A stretch of 64,000 nucleotides of DNA from Heteronotia binoei (GCF_032191835.1 NC_083237.1:7812001-7876000); one strand, 5' to 3'. Numbered from the stretch's first letter, positions 37,886-50,434 are shown. The notes: generated by a model from the letters alone, not told the origin. Numbers and translations are program-made.

Positions 37886-39829
37886 CTGGAGTAACTGTGT
37901 GAACTGGCAAAATCCAGTTTTAAAGTGCATTGAAAACTGATTGAAAGTGCTTGAGGGTGCCAAGATTCCAGGCGTGCATGCACTGCACTGCCAGATTCCG
38001 CGTAGCATTTCCGCTGCTGCCCGAATACATCCTGAAGACACGGGTGTTGTGTGCCCGTTTGTACGGGGAATCTTCCTCGATGCCATTAGGGCATTTCACT
38101 GCACTTGTCCAGTAGATAAAGAAGCAACCAAGCAATGGCACCAATCCCAAGCAGTGCAGGTTAAGCCAAGGTACAATGGATAGACAACATTCTGCAGTAC
38201 TTAATGTGTCCACACGAGGGCAGGAAAGGATTAGAAAAGGATCCCGTTCGGTGGTTCATGGAGAAATTGCAGTGGAAGGATTGAAAAGGCAGCAATTTGG
38301 TTGCAGTTTCCCTTGCAGCCTGCAACTATTTTGTAACCAATGCCTACACTGCTAGATAAAGAAGGTCTGCGCTTCTGCCTTTATTGGTGGTGGAGATGGG
38401 GACAATGTGCTGGCACCCAATTGTTGTGTGACAAAATCCTGGAAAGTTACCCGAAGTCAGGGCTTTTTTTTTAGCAGGAATGCAGTTCCGGCTGGCTGGG
38501 CATCAGGGGGTGTGACCTAATTTGCAAATGAATTCCTGCTGGTTTTTTCCCTACAAAAATAGCCCTATGTGAAACAATGGCGATGCCAAGGGGTGTGGCC
38601 TAATATGCAAATAAATTCATGCTGGCCTGGCCAAAGTTACGAGGAAGCCACATTTCCAAACTGGGAAGGTCAAGGCAGGACTTTTAAAATTAGCAAGGGG
38701 ATAGAAACATCTTGGAGAAGGGCAGCTCTCTGTATTGTGTGGGGCTTAAACACATCAGTGATTAAGAGGATGGTGAAGCATGCAGACTTAGCTGAAGATG
38801 GCAGAAGAAACCTGGAAAGGGCGTGTTCAGTTGCTGGCAGGCCTGTAGCTACGGGAGGGTCTGTGGGGGCACTGCCCCCTGACTTCCAGACAGGGCCTCC
38901 TGACTTACAGAGGGGCCTCTGGGGCGCAGTCTGTTTCCCCCCTTTTTGTCAGAAGAAAGCTTATGAGAAGCGTCAAGTCCTGCAGTGGATGGGAAAGGGT
39001 GCCCCCTGACTTTTTAAAAAGCTCCCTTTTAAAATACTGGCTACACTCCTGGTTGCTGGTGATTCTTGCTGTTGGGCGATTTGAATAAAGGGACGGGAGG
39101 GACTGTGGCCTGATGTGAAAGAGGCCAGGCTGTCTTTTAGTTCAGTGAAATCAATGGCCACAGCGGGGCAGCAGAGAAATGCATTTGGACTAAATACGAT
39201 TCCACACCACCCTTCAAGACCTTCTGAGAATTAGCGAGAGATTTATAGTTATCCCGGATGGAGCGTCTTTATTTGTGCACACAAATACTCACCAACGTGC
39301 AGGGGGATCAGGACTGGGCCAGTAACTCGAGACTGAGCCCTCCCATTTATTGTGACCAGGCTGTACTTGGTAACTAATCACCTTTGATCTTCATAAGCGC
39401 TACAAATTCCCCAATGGCCTGACAGAGACAGAGTCCTGCTGAATCTTAAGTCTAACCTTTGCAATCTCATAGACTCAACTAGAACCTCTAATTGGAGAAA
39501 CCAATTAGTGCGGCTGTGGGGTGTAGAACAGCAAAATGAGACGGACTCTTTGCATCCTATTGCAGTAATGTTACTAAAACCAAAAATGTCTGCACCCCCA
39601 GCCACCGTTTACATCTCAAAAAAGAGAATAATTATAGATAAACAAATGCTACATTTTTTTTAGGAGGGGTAAACGTTCAGGAAAGCTGCCTGGAATGCCA
39701 ACCAAGGAATTAATTTCCCGCAATCAACTCGTAACTTCTGAGTAGCAAGAAAAACAACAAAGCCAAGTGTCTACCTAATACCCGGCATGCCTGTGTTGCA
39801 GACAACAAGTCTCCTGAGAGCATTAGAAG

Positions 39830-40085
39830 GTAATCTGGGAGAACCGGCTGATTCCCCACTCCTCCACTTGCACCTGCTGAATGGACTTGGGTCAGCCATA
39901 GCTTTCACAGGAGTTGTCCTTGAAAGGGCAGCTGCTATAAAAAAAACTGTCTTAACCTCCCCTACCTCACAGGGTGGCTGTTGTGGAGGGGGAAGGTAGA
40001 GGAGATTGTGACTGCTCTGAGACTCTGAGATTCAGAGCATAGGATGGGATATAAATCCAATATCTTCTCCTCCTCCTCCTCCGAA
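39830..40085 (+). mobile_element. SINE with L2-like tail (Squam3-like), 5' truncated
   Basis: Shares body with 52677-52950; (TCC)n tail. Confidence 0.6.
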
Positions 40086-40409
40086 CAATAAGGCAAAATA
40101 ACAATAACAACATTCAGTCCATAGCAGTCAGCCATAGCAAAAAAAATCCCTTACTAGCCTATAGCCCCCATTATAGACTTCCGCCCCATGAAGTCAGGTG
40201 ATCTTTTTGGCTAGCCAAAGGTCTTCTTTTCATGAATCTTCCAGAGAATGCTTGTCTTGGCTTCCTCTGGAAGATGCTCACTTCTGCTCCTACTTTCCCC
40301 CTCCCATCACGCTATTCAATGAAGCAGAAGCTCCCTGGATCCACCCAATTACCACGTTTCATTGTTGGGCCTGGAATGAGATAAGGCTTGATGGTAGCAA
40401 GAGCTCTGA

Positions 40410-40710
40410 AAAGAACATAAGAACATAAGAGAAGCCATGTTGGATCAGGCCAATGGCCCATCCAGTCCAACACTCTGTGTCACACAGTGGCCAAAAAAAA
40501 AGATTTTATATATATATATATATACACACACACACTGTGGCTAATAGCCACTGATGGACCTCTGCTCCATCTTTTTATCTAACCCCCTCTTGAAGCTGTC
40601 TATGCTTGTAGCTGCCGCCACCTCCTGTGGCAGTGAATTTCACATGTTAATCACCCTTTGGGTGAAGAAGTACCTCCTTTTATCCGTTCTAACCCGACTG
40701 CTCAGCAATT
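40410..40710 (-). mobile_element. CR1 3' fragment
   Basis: AGAACATA repeats of the tail; family match to 530-886. Confidence 0.75.
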
Positions 40711-41974
40711 TCACAGACACAGGCCTGTAAATTCAAACCAGGCCTTACGATATTCACATTAATCCTTCCGATGGAATGAGGGTGCGTTCACACCACATAC
40801 AATAATAATGATCTGTGACTAGGTATGGGCATGAACCGAATCAACTAGCTTGCACGGGATCTGTTCTATACACTCCTGAACTGGTGGCAATCAAAATGGC
40901 CCCTCCAAGTTTTGTGTCACCAGTATGCTGGGGGGAAGGGAAGTGTTCTACCACATCACAAACTGAACCAGTTCATAAGGCGGCTAAAAATTCATGAAGG
41001 TCCATGGTTCATGAATGGGGTGTTGGGTAAACAACACATGGAGGTGATGGATTGTTATTTAAAATGAAGCTCTTTAGCAACGTCTATTAGGAAGAGGGGA
41101 ACGACGGGATGGTCCTAAGGAAATAACAAAGTTCTAAAACGACGTATTTATTCTAAATGGTAGGCTTACACATAAAACAAGGGCAGCTGCAACAGGCACA
41201 GGTACAAGGCAGGTAATGGAACAGGAAGAAACAACTCATTAGCCATTCAATCAGTTTGTCAAACACACCAAACATTGGTTTGGCTCTGAGCCAAGTTGTA
41301 CTTCCTGGTCGGGTCTCTGCTACAATCATGTTAATGCTCTAATGACTGAAATTTAGATCTTGCCATATCCCAACATGGGGAACATCAGAAACTATTAATT
41401 AAACCACACTTTCCTGGTTTGTCCCATCCCTAGCTATGGCCCTTCCTTAGCTGAATTTTGTTTCCTGTGATTGAGAAAGAAGCAAGCTAAGGTTGTCACC
41501 TGCCTTGAGAGAAACAGTTTTCTCTCCCTTCAACGGAGGCATTCTGGGTTGTTAGTTAGTTCTTCAGATGCCCATTTCCACACATTAAGCTTCTGAGAAA
41601 GAGGTAGGATTCCCCTCCCCCCTTCAGTCTGGTTAGCAATCCTTATGCAGATACCTTTCCAAATTACAGTAGAGAAAAATAATTTTCTCAGTGTGCTCCA
41701 GCAAGCCATACTCTCAATGAAGGACTCCAAGGGGAACTCTGAGGAGTCAGAGGTAGGAGGTAAAATTAGCCCAGAGCTTACTCCAGCTCCTGGAGACAGA
41801 TATTTTCCATAGTACAAGCATATATAACATTTCTTACTGGTTAAAATAAGGTTTCTACGTAGCTACCAGCTCTTTACAACACTTTACATCTTTTCAGTGT
41901 TTTGTATGGTCTGTGGTTGTCTTTTAGGTGTGAAATAACAGAAAAGTTCTTTTGACAGGCTAAGCTCTTACATG

Positions 41975-42167
41975 GCTTCTCGATGTGTGGGTTCTTTGAT
42001 GCTTTTGAATATTGCCATGCTGAGTAAATCTCTTTCCACACTCTGAGCATTCATAAGGTTTCTCCCCTGTTTGGGTTCTCTGATGTACCTGAAGATGGCC
42101 ATTGTCACTGAATCTCTTTCCACAATCTGAGCACTTGAAAGATTCCCCTCTCTAACAGTCTGAACAC
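41975..42167 (-). pseudogene. Decayed finger repeats downstream of the G4 array stop
   Basis: Finger-like repeats with indels. Confidence 0.65.
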
Positions 42168-43566
42168 TTAAAAGGTTTCCCCCATGTGGATTCTTTGATG
42201 CTGCTGAAGCTTGTAATTGACACTGAATCTCTTCCCACACTGTGAGCACTCAAAAGGTTTCTCCCCTGTGTGGGTTCTTTGATGCTGCTGAAGATGGCCA
42301 TTCTGACTGAAACTCTTTCCACACTCTGAGCACTCAAATGGTTTCTCCCCTGTGTGGGTTCTTCGATGCACGTAAAGAATGCAAATACGACTAAACCTCT
42401 TTCCACATTCTAAGCACTCAAAAGGTTTTTCTCCTTTGTGGGTTCTTTGATGGTGTTGAAGATACCTACTGTCAAGGAATTTCTTCCCACACTCCAAGCA
42501 CTGAAAAGGTTTCTCCCCTGTGTGAGTTCTTTCATGCTGTTGGAGATTGCTACTTTCATTGAATCTCTTTCCACACTCTGAGCACTCAAAAGGTTTCTCC
42601 CCTGTGTGGGTTCTTTCATGTTGTTGAAGCTTGCTATTCTCATTGAATCTCTTCCCACACTCTGAGCACTCAAACGGTTTCTCCCCTGTATGGGTTCTGT
42701 GATGCACCTGAAGATTGCAAAGAAGACTAAATCTCTTTCCACAATCTGAGCACTCAAAAGGTTTTTCCCCTGTGTGGGTTCTTTGATGCTGTTGAAGATT
42801 GCTACTCTGACTGAATCTCTTTCCGCACTCTGAGCACTCAAAAGGTTTCTCCCCTGTGTGGGTTCTTTCATGCACTTGCAGCTTGCGGCTCTCACTGAAT
42901 CTCTTTCTGCACTCTGAGCACTCAAAAGGTTTCTCCCCTGTGTGGGTTCTTTGATGCACCCGAAGATTGCCAAGAAAACCAAATCTCTTTCCACATTCTG
43001 AGCACTCAAAAGGTTTCTCCCCCGTATGGGTTCTTTGATGCTGTTGAAGACTGCTACTTCGAGTGAATCTCTTTCCACACTCCGAGCACTCAAAAGGTTT
43101 CTCCCCTTTGTGGGTGCTTTGACGCTGCTGAAGTTGTCCACACTCTGAATATCCAAAAGTTTTCTCCCCCATGTGGGATCCTTGGTGATGTTGAAGATGA
43201 TCTTGCATACTAAATTTCTTTTTACCTTCCAAGCATTCAAAAGGTTTCTCCACTCTGTGGATTTTTTTATGGTTTTGAAGAGTGCCATTCAAACTGTCTT
43301 TCCATGCAAAGGGACATTATATTGGGCTTGATCTGAAAAGTTCACGTTATAGTACTTGTATGTTTCTTTCTCCATGTGAATGACTTTTCAGAAATCCCCC
43401 CCTTGGCAAGGAATGAGTTTTTCTGCCTTCTTGACCATTTGGCTGCCTTTCTGCTTCTTTAGACTGCCTTGATTCCAGAAGTTTCCTTTCATGCCTTCCT
43501 TTTTAACGTTATCTGGAGATTGTAGATGAAGTTCCTCACCTTCCTTATTCTCCTGATCATCCTCTG
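42168..43566 (-). pseudogene. G4 zinc-finger exon: premature TGA (43388-43390) and 4-nt deletion (43296/43297) ahead of an open 11-finger array
   Basis: GAT TTC TGA versus paralog GAT TTC CAA; GGAAAGACAG versus GGAAAGAAATTCAG; ORF 42168..43292 has no upstream in-frame ATG; SCAN, exon 3 and KRAB exons absent from the unit. Confidence 0.8.
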
Positions 43567-44669
43567 CTGGAATAAAAAGAGGGATCCCATCAGCACCTGG
43601 GAGGACAGGTAGAGTCGAAAGGCATCTAGGCAACTGCTGGAGGAAAGGACTGATGGCCCTTTGGCTTCATCTAAGGTGGCTGATCTTAACTAACATCCCC
43701 CCTCCCTCAGAATATCTAGCATTTAAGGATACAGCAGTTCCTCCTGAGCCACAGCTGAACTCTTGCCCAGATGTAGCTTCTGAGCCTCCAGATTCCAGGC
43801 TGCAGAAGACCACCACCCCCCTCCTCACCCAGTGGGCTTCATTATCCTACCAAACTCAGTTGCTTAGAAGCAAAGCAGAAATCCCCAATGGCTGTTTCTT
43901 GTCAGTTCTCTGAGGATACTCACTCTCAGCCAACTCATTTTGAAAGGAAATATGCTGTTGGGGGCCTTGAGAAACTCGCCAGTTTTTCTTTGGATGCAAG
44001 ACCGTTGTTGGACTTTGCCAAAGTCTTATAATTCTGGTTTCTTTTGCACAGGGTGGAGAAGGAAAGTTATCTAAGCAAAAGTAAGAACTGTTGTGGATGG
44101 ACAGAAGCATGATCCCCACTGGATCAGACCAAAAGTCCAGCCATGCATTTCTGTTGTTAGGTGGGCCTTCCAGGAGCCCTTGAGTCTGGGCTGGCGGGAG
44201 AAAAAGAAAGGATTGGAAATGACGTCGTATGACATCACACCATCTCCTTCAGCCCAAAACTGAGATTGGATTGAAGCACAACTGCCTTTTCAGAGGATCT
44301 GTCATCATGCTAACATCATAACTGGTTTTTTCAGCAAGTTGGAATATCAGCATGACATCACACCTACCCCAAGTCCCTCCCCAAAATCTCCTGGGGGGGG
44401 GGGTGCCAGTCCACAGCCTGCCATCTGTACTCCAGCTTCCTGTTTCCCACATCAGGAAACTAGATTCCCCTAGAAGAGAAGCCCAATCTTTCCATAATCA
44501 TTGGCTCCTAGAAGGGAATTTTCAGAGCCTCAGAAGGTGGAGGCTCCATTTATTCACCAGGCTGAATAGCTCTGTCCAGGTTTGTCTACTTTTCCTTTTT
44601 TGAGCCACCTGGAGTTTCTCTTAGAGAAGGAAGGTGAGATAGGAATATTTTAATTAATGTTAGGAATTG

Positions 44670-45320
44670 CCCTGTGGCAGTGAATTCCATGTGTTAATCA
44701 ATCTTTAGGTGAAAAAGTACTTCCTTTTCTGTTCTAACCTGACTGCTCAGCAATTTCATTAAGTGCCCACAAGTTTTTGTATTATGAGAAAGGGAGAAAA
44801 GTGCTTCTTTCTCTACCTTCTCTACCCCATGCATAATCTTGTAAACCACTTACCAAGTCAGTCTTTTCTCCAAGCTAAAGAACCCCAGGCGCTTTAACCT
44901 TTCTTGATAGGGAAAGTGTTCCAACCTTTTAATCATTCTAGTTGGCTTTTTCTGTACTTTTTCCAATGCTATAATATTCTTTTCGAGACGCGGTAACCAG
45001 AATTGTACACCAAATAAGGCCATACCATTGATTTATACAGGGGCATTATGATACTGGCTGATTTGTTTTCAGTTCCCTTCCTAATAATCCCCCGCATAGC
45101 ATGGGTCTTTTTTATTCCAGCAGAAAACTGTCTTGACATTTTCAGTGAGTTATCTACCATGACTCCAAAATCTCTCTCTTGGTCAGTCTCTGCCAGTTCA
45201 GACCCCATCAATGTGTCTTTATAATTAGGCTTTTTGGCCTCAAGGTGCATTACTTTGCACCTGATCACACCGAACCTCATTTGCCACATTGATGCCCACT
45301 TGCCCATTCTTGATAGATCC
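44670..45320 (-). mobile_element. CR1 internal fragment occupying the site of the missing G4 SCAN and exon 3
   Basis: ORF 44969..45307 WQMRFGVIRCKVMHL..ETDQERDFGVMVDNSLKMSRQ is CR1 RT C-terminus. Confidence 0.8.
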
Positions 45321-46629
45321 CTTTGGAGTGCAAAGTGGAGTTACATACCAAGGTATTTTTGATACGCCCAAGGGTCATTTAGTAGAAAAAGACATGTTGG
45401 AGCTCATTAGCACAATTCATTTGCATAACTAATTTGCATATGCCACACACCCCCTGACATCACCATAAGGTGTACTAAATTATATCAGCTCAGCATCTAC
45501 CTTAAAATGTTCCTTGAAGAGTAACTGCCATAATAAAACCTTACTTCCATCACACTTTTAACTTTCTCCTATGTGGCCACAGTGGCATGATGAAGATTTC
45601 CATCTGTCTGCTGTTTACGTTTTTTGTTATCTTCTCATTTTTTGGGGGGAAAACATGAGAACGTTTGTCAAATCTTAAGAGTTCAGCAAAATTTTCACAG
45701 GGGGTTTGAACAATGGAGCCCAGAAGCAAGTATTTTTCTTTGGTGGGGGTTGTTGGGTGGGGAGAAAGAAATCGCACAATAAAATTTAGAGGTTCCACAG
45801 CTCCACTCCTGTGAGCTCCTGCCCAAAATGAGGCTTGGATAAGCCTCTGTGGTTCTTTGGGAAAATGAAGTGTCTCTGTTTGGTTCTTTAAGGCTGTTGC
45901 AAGCTTAGCCTACCTTTTCTTTGGCCCAGTCTGTCCTAGGAGTTAATTCTTAAGGTAAAGTGGAGCTCCCAAAGGATAAAAGGAACTGGTGACCCCTTAA
46001 CCATTGTATGTATCTCTTCAATAGGTCTGAAGTGTTAGGCAAGAACTCTGTCCAAGTACCCAGCTTAGGGGGCAGGGGCAGGGAAGTAACCATGTGAAGA
46101 ACAAGCAGCTGAGATTTTGAGAGAAAAGCAGAGAAGCTTTGGCTGAGATTTGGTTCAAGGATTCTGATCTGAAGAAACGCTCCCTCTGGGCATCTGAGAT
46201 GGGGCAATGGACCTGCTACTGTGGGAATTCCTCATCAAACAAACAAGGCCAGCTGTTGCTTTTTTTTTTTTGTAGATTAAATTGACCAGCAGCAGAACAT
46301 TAGTTTTGTACAATTAACTTTCTTGTCCTGAAAGCCACTGACCGTGACCCCCCCCCCCCGCCTCCAACTATATAGTGGAGCAATACTGGTGCCTAAGCTA
46401 CCGACATCCAGCTGGCAGAGATCAGATCCCCTGGAGGAAATGGCCGCATTGGAGGGAGGACCCCACGGCCCCCTCCCCATCTCAAGTTCCCCTGCCCCGT
46501 CCCCCTACTTGGCCTTTTCCAGAATGCACCCTCTACCCTAAATATATAACCACCTGCAATCCGGGAGTTGGCAATCTGATCCCAGCCTTCCCTTCCCAGA
46601 TGCAAAAACGTATCTCCCTAACGCCTTAC

Positions 46630-46885
46630 TTCTAAGTAGACTTTCCCGGGATCCGGCTGCTGCTGATCCGAAGCTTTCCCTGTCCTCTTCCCCCAGTTCA
46701 GAAGCAAACCTGCCTTCCCGCCAGATAGGAAAATAAAAGAACCTTTCCTCTTTTCCAGGCTCGGCCTCTCTAGCAAGCGGCTCTGTCGCTTTAACCCTTT
46801 CGGTGCTGCAGACAGATGCAAAAACGCGTCAGTGTCCCCTCCGCAAGGAGCTCCAGCCACGCCTCAGCCAGCTCAGGAAAAGGAG
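46630..46885 (-). promoter_or_regulatory. G4 putative exon 1, proximal copy
   Basis: Paralogous to the other exon-1 regions; AGAA|gtaagg donor. Confidence 0.5.
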
Positions 46886-46904
46886 GTTGAAGCTGGTTCT
46901 CCGT

Positions 46905-47074
46905 GGCTGTGATCACACACACAAAGTGGATTGAAAGTGCATTATTTGGTGTGTGTGGTCGAAGTGTTCCTCATTTGCATACTGAATAATGCAGTTTCAG
47001 TTCACTTTCCCACTGGATTTGGCTTATTCACGTGCATTGTGCAAGTGCATTATTTAGTGGGTATGATCGCAGCC
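46905..47074. mobile_element. MITE with GGCTG(C/T)GATCA TIR between the duplicated G4 exon-1 copies
   Basis: Imperfect terminal inverted repeats of about 20 bp. Confidence 0.55.
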
Positions 47075-47163
47075 TTAATTCCTTATTATTCATCCACCTA
47101 GTAGAGGGACCGTCAAGAGGGGCCTGGTTGCCAACTTTCGGTTGCCCCGTGGAGAGGAAACAA

Positions 47164-47426
47164 GCCTTACTTCTAAGTAGACTTTCCCGGGATCCGGCTG
47201 CTGCTGATCCGAAGCTTTCCCTGTCCTCTTCCCCCAGTTCAGAAGCAAACCTGCCTTTCCGCCAGACAGGAAAATAAAAGAACCTTTCCTCTTTTCCAGG
47301 CTCGGCCTCTCTAGCAAGCGGCTCTGTCGCTTTAACCCTTTCGGTGCTGCAGACAGATGCAAAAACGCGTCAGTGTCCCCTCCGCAAGGAGCTCCAGCCA
47401 CGCCTCAGCCAGCTCAGGAAAAGGAG
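47164..47426 (-). repeat. 263-bp near-identical duplicate of 46623-46885 (second G4 exon-1 copy with its donor)
   Basis: Direct comparison by eye shows 2 mismatches. Confidence 0.9.
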
Positions 47427-47489
47427 TAAGGCTCAAGCGCAGCCAGAAAGTGCTGATCTGGGAATTGAAGTAACCCCTACATTCACAGG

Positions 47490-47930
47490 ATCAGCATTGC
47501 TGTCTGGTTATCTAACCTCTGTTTAAAAACCTCCAAGGAGAGCCCACCACCAACCGAGGAAACCTGTTCCATTGAGGAACCACTCTAACTGTCAGGAAGT
47601 TCTTCCTAATATTTAGCTGGAAACTCTTCTGATTTAATTTCAACCCGTTGGTTCTGGTCCTACCTTCTGGGACAATAGAAAACAATTCTGCACCATCCTG
47701 TATATGACAACCCTTCAATTACTTGAAGATGGTGATCATATCATCTCTCAACTGCTTCCTCTCCAGGCTAAACATACCCAGCGCCTTCAACCTTTCTTCA
47801 TAGGACTTGGTCTCCAGACCCCACACCATCTTTGTCAACTTCCTCTGGACCTGTTCCAACTTGTCTATATCTTTCTTAAAATGTGGTGCCCCCAAATGAA
47901 CACGATGCACCAGGTGAAGTCTTACCAGAG
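47490..47930 (-). mobile_element. CR1 3' fragment
   Basis: [36 protein letters not shown]-like translation. Confidence 0.8.
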
Positions 47931-47954
47931 CAGCAATACCAATACTTCAAATGA

Positions 47955-48175
47955 TGTGAGCATATGAACATATGAAGCTGCCTTCTACTGAATCAGACCC
48001 TGGGTCCATCAAAGCCAGTATTGTCTGCTCAGACTGATAGCGGCTCTCCAGGGTCTCAAGCTGAGGTATTTCACGCCTATTTGCCTGGACCCTTTTTTAG
48101 TTGGAGATGCCAGGGCTTGATCCTGGGACCTTCTGATTACCGAGCAGATACTCTACCACTGAACCACTGTCCCTC
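47955..48175 (-). mobile_element. tRNA-headed SINE with (ATATGTTC)n tail
   Basis: Reverse strand reads GTGGTTCAGTGGTAGAG..GGTCCCAGGATCAAGCCCTGG (A/B boxes). Confidence 0.65.
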
Positions 48176-49661
48176 TGGATACTATCCTTCTGTTAGTACA
48201 GCCCAAAAATCACATTTGCCTTTTTAGCCACCACATTGCACTGTTGACTCATGCTCAGCGTATAGTCCACTAAGACCCCTAGATCCTTTTCACACAAACT
48301 ACTATCAAGACAAGTCTCCCCATGTGGCATGAGCGACAGAACCTCTGGCATAAATACACCAGGGAGCCGTATGGATGTTGATTTGAGTCCTCACCCACAG
48401 CAATGTTTCTCAAAGCCCAGAGAAAGAACATGGCCATTCCAACTCCATCGCCCCGATCCCTTTACTCTGCAGCTCACTTGGTAGAGGCAACCATAACACA
48501 ATGTCAAATTCTCCCTTCGGCATTGGGGTTTGGGTGGGAGGAACAACATCTGTTTGCCAGGTGAGAGAGGTACAGACCCCCAGGCAACACAACAGGGAGA
48601 AACACCAGGGCATAGTCACAGGAGGTGTGGGTTCAGGTTCCGCTAAGGGGGATGAAAGCAAGAACGCGAAGCTTGCCTTTTGGTGCCTAGGACACCCAGA
48701 AAGGGGTCCCGGCGAATGGAATCCCACATGAGGAGTCGTTAGTGCTGATTGGCTGGCCGGGATGTTAAGCATTTTGACCGGTGTCCCCCCACCCCCAGCT
48801 GCCATGTCTAGCAGGACACCAGTGAGACATTTAGTAGCCATCCATACGTGTTCAAGGAGTGGACTTAGGCTAGTTCCCAAAACAGGCTGGACTCTGGAAA
48901 ATGGTCTTTTTGTTAGGGTGAGCTGGAATGCAGGTCAAGAGGAAAGTATGATTGTTCTCTGGATGTTGCATTTACTCTTCTTCTTCACAGGGTAAGACAA
49001 ATCAAGGGTTTCTGTTTACCTGGGTTGGTTCCCCTTGGAAGGAGAAAGCCCTGGAGACATCTGGTGTCTTGTTATTATTTGCTTTAATGACAGATATACT
49101 GAGCCTATCTACTTTTCTCTCTCAGTCCCAGCTGTTTGTTCTTCACATGCTCATTTTCCTGCCCCTTCCCCTCAGCTGGGTACTTGGACAGAGCTCTTGC
49201 CTAACGCTTCAGGCCTACTGAAGGGATACTTACAATGGTTAAGGGGTCACCAATTCTTCTTGTCCTTTGGGGGCTCCACTTTATCTTAATTAACCCCTAG
49301 GACAGACTGGGCCAAAGTAAAGACAGCTAAACTTGCAACAGCATTAAAGAGCCAGAGACACTTCATTTCCCCAAAGAACCATAGAGGCATTTCTAAAAAA
49401 TCTTGGTACCTAATATAGCAAAATGACATTAAACTTAGTCGACAAACCTCAAGAAGTCCTTTTGTTCTGATCCACCAGGGCAATTCTTGTGGGTCTCCTG
49501 AGCATATGAAAGTTTCTGATGTTCAGTGGTGTATCTCCATTCTCTTCTGTTTTCCTTGTGACAAGTTCCTGTTTGTGTCTCTATCCTGCCCCTTTCTTCA
49601 CACCCAAATGAATCAAGGTGTCGTTTTGCAGTTAGAGGTGACTCAAGAGAAGGGGAAAGAG

Positions 49662-50086
49662 ATGGAAGAACAAGACACAGATGAACCCGGAACTGGCAAG
49701 ACACCAAGCAAAGGCCCCCTTCTCCTGCAAGCTGGAAGTGGTGTTGAATTCTGGGAAAGAGCTGTGCCAGAGATCCTGGCTAAGGACACCATAACCTCAG
49801 ATGTACATTGCCAAAGGTCCCAGCTGTTCCAGTACCACAAGGCTGATGGACCCCGGGAGGTTTGCAGCCAGCTCCGGCTTCAGCCAGCAACCACTGGCTG
49901 AAGCCGGAGAGGCACACCAAGAAGCAGATCCTGGACCTGGTGATCCTGGAGCAATTCCTGGCCATCCTGCCCCCGGAGATGCAGCGCTGGGTCAGAGAGT
50001 GTGGGCCAGAGACCAGTTCCCAGGCGGTGGCCCTGGCTGAAGGTTTCCTCTTGAGTCAGGCAGAGGAGAAGAGGCAGGCAGAACAG
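49662..50086 (+). pseudogene. Inverted SCAN exon with +2 frameshift
   Basis: [22 protein letters not shown], then a frame change, then [24 protein letters not shown]..; acceptor at 49630-49631; CAG|gtgact donor. Confidence 0.88.
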
Positions 50087-50270
50087 GTGACTGAAGTTCC
50101 TCCAGATCTGTCCATTCTAGCAACAGTATCCTATCTTATCCTAAAGTTTTCCTGACAAACATTTATCCCAAATCTGCTCATAGAAGGGTGCAGAGCTTGG
50201 GAGTGGGGCAGGATCCATTGCTTGGTCCATTCATTCCATCTCTTACTCCTCTCTTTTGCTGCTGTTTCAG

Positions 50271-50385
50271 ATGTGGGGACCATCTGTGAAGACAGCAGTT
50301 GCATTCCCTGAGGGGGAAGGAACTTTCTTAGAGCAAGGGCAGGGTGCAGAAGCCATGGAGCGTGCCCAAGATGCCCTATCCTATA
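50271..50385 (+). pseudogene. Inverted exon-3 copy (MWGPSVKTAVAFPEGEG...DALSY)
   Basis: 115 bp, tttcag acceptor and gtaaga donor. Confidence 0.8.
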
Positions 50386-50434
50386 GTAAGATCTCCCTGT
50401 TCCTGGATACAATTGAAGCACCCTGTGAATATGA

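Noticed and set aside
48320-48950. ORFs 48410..48880 and 48501..48731 as a novel gene
   Set aside because: No recognisable domain, splice context or paralog; lies among TE fragments
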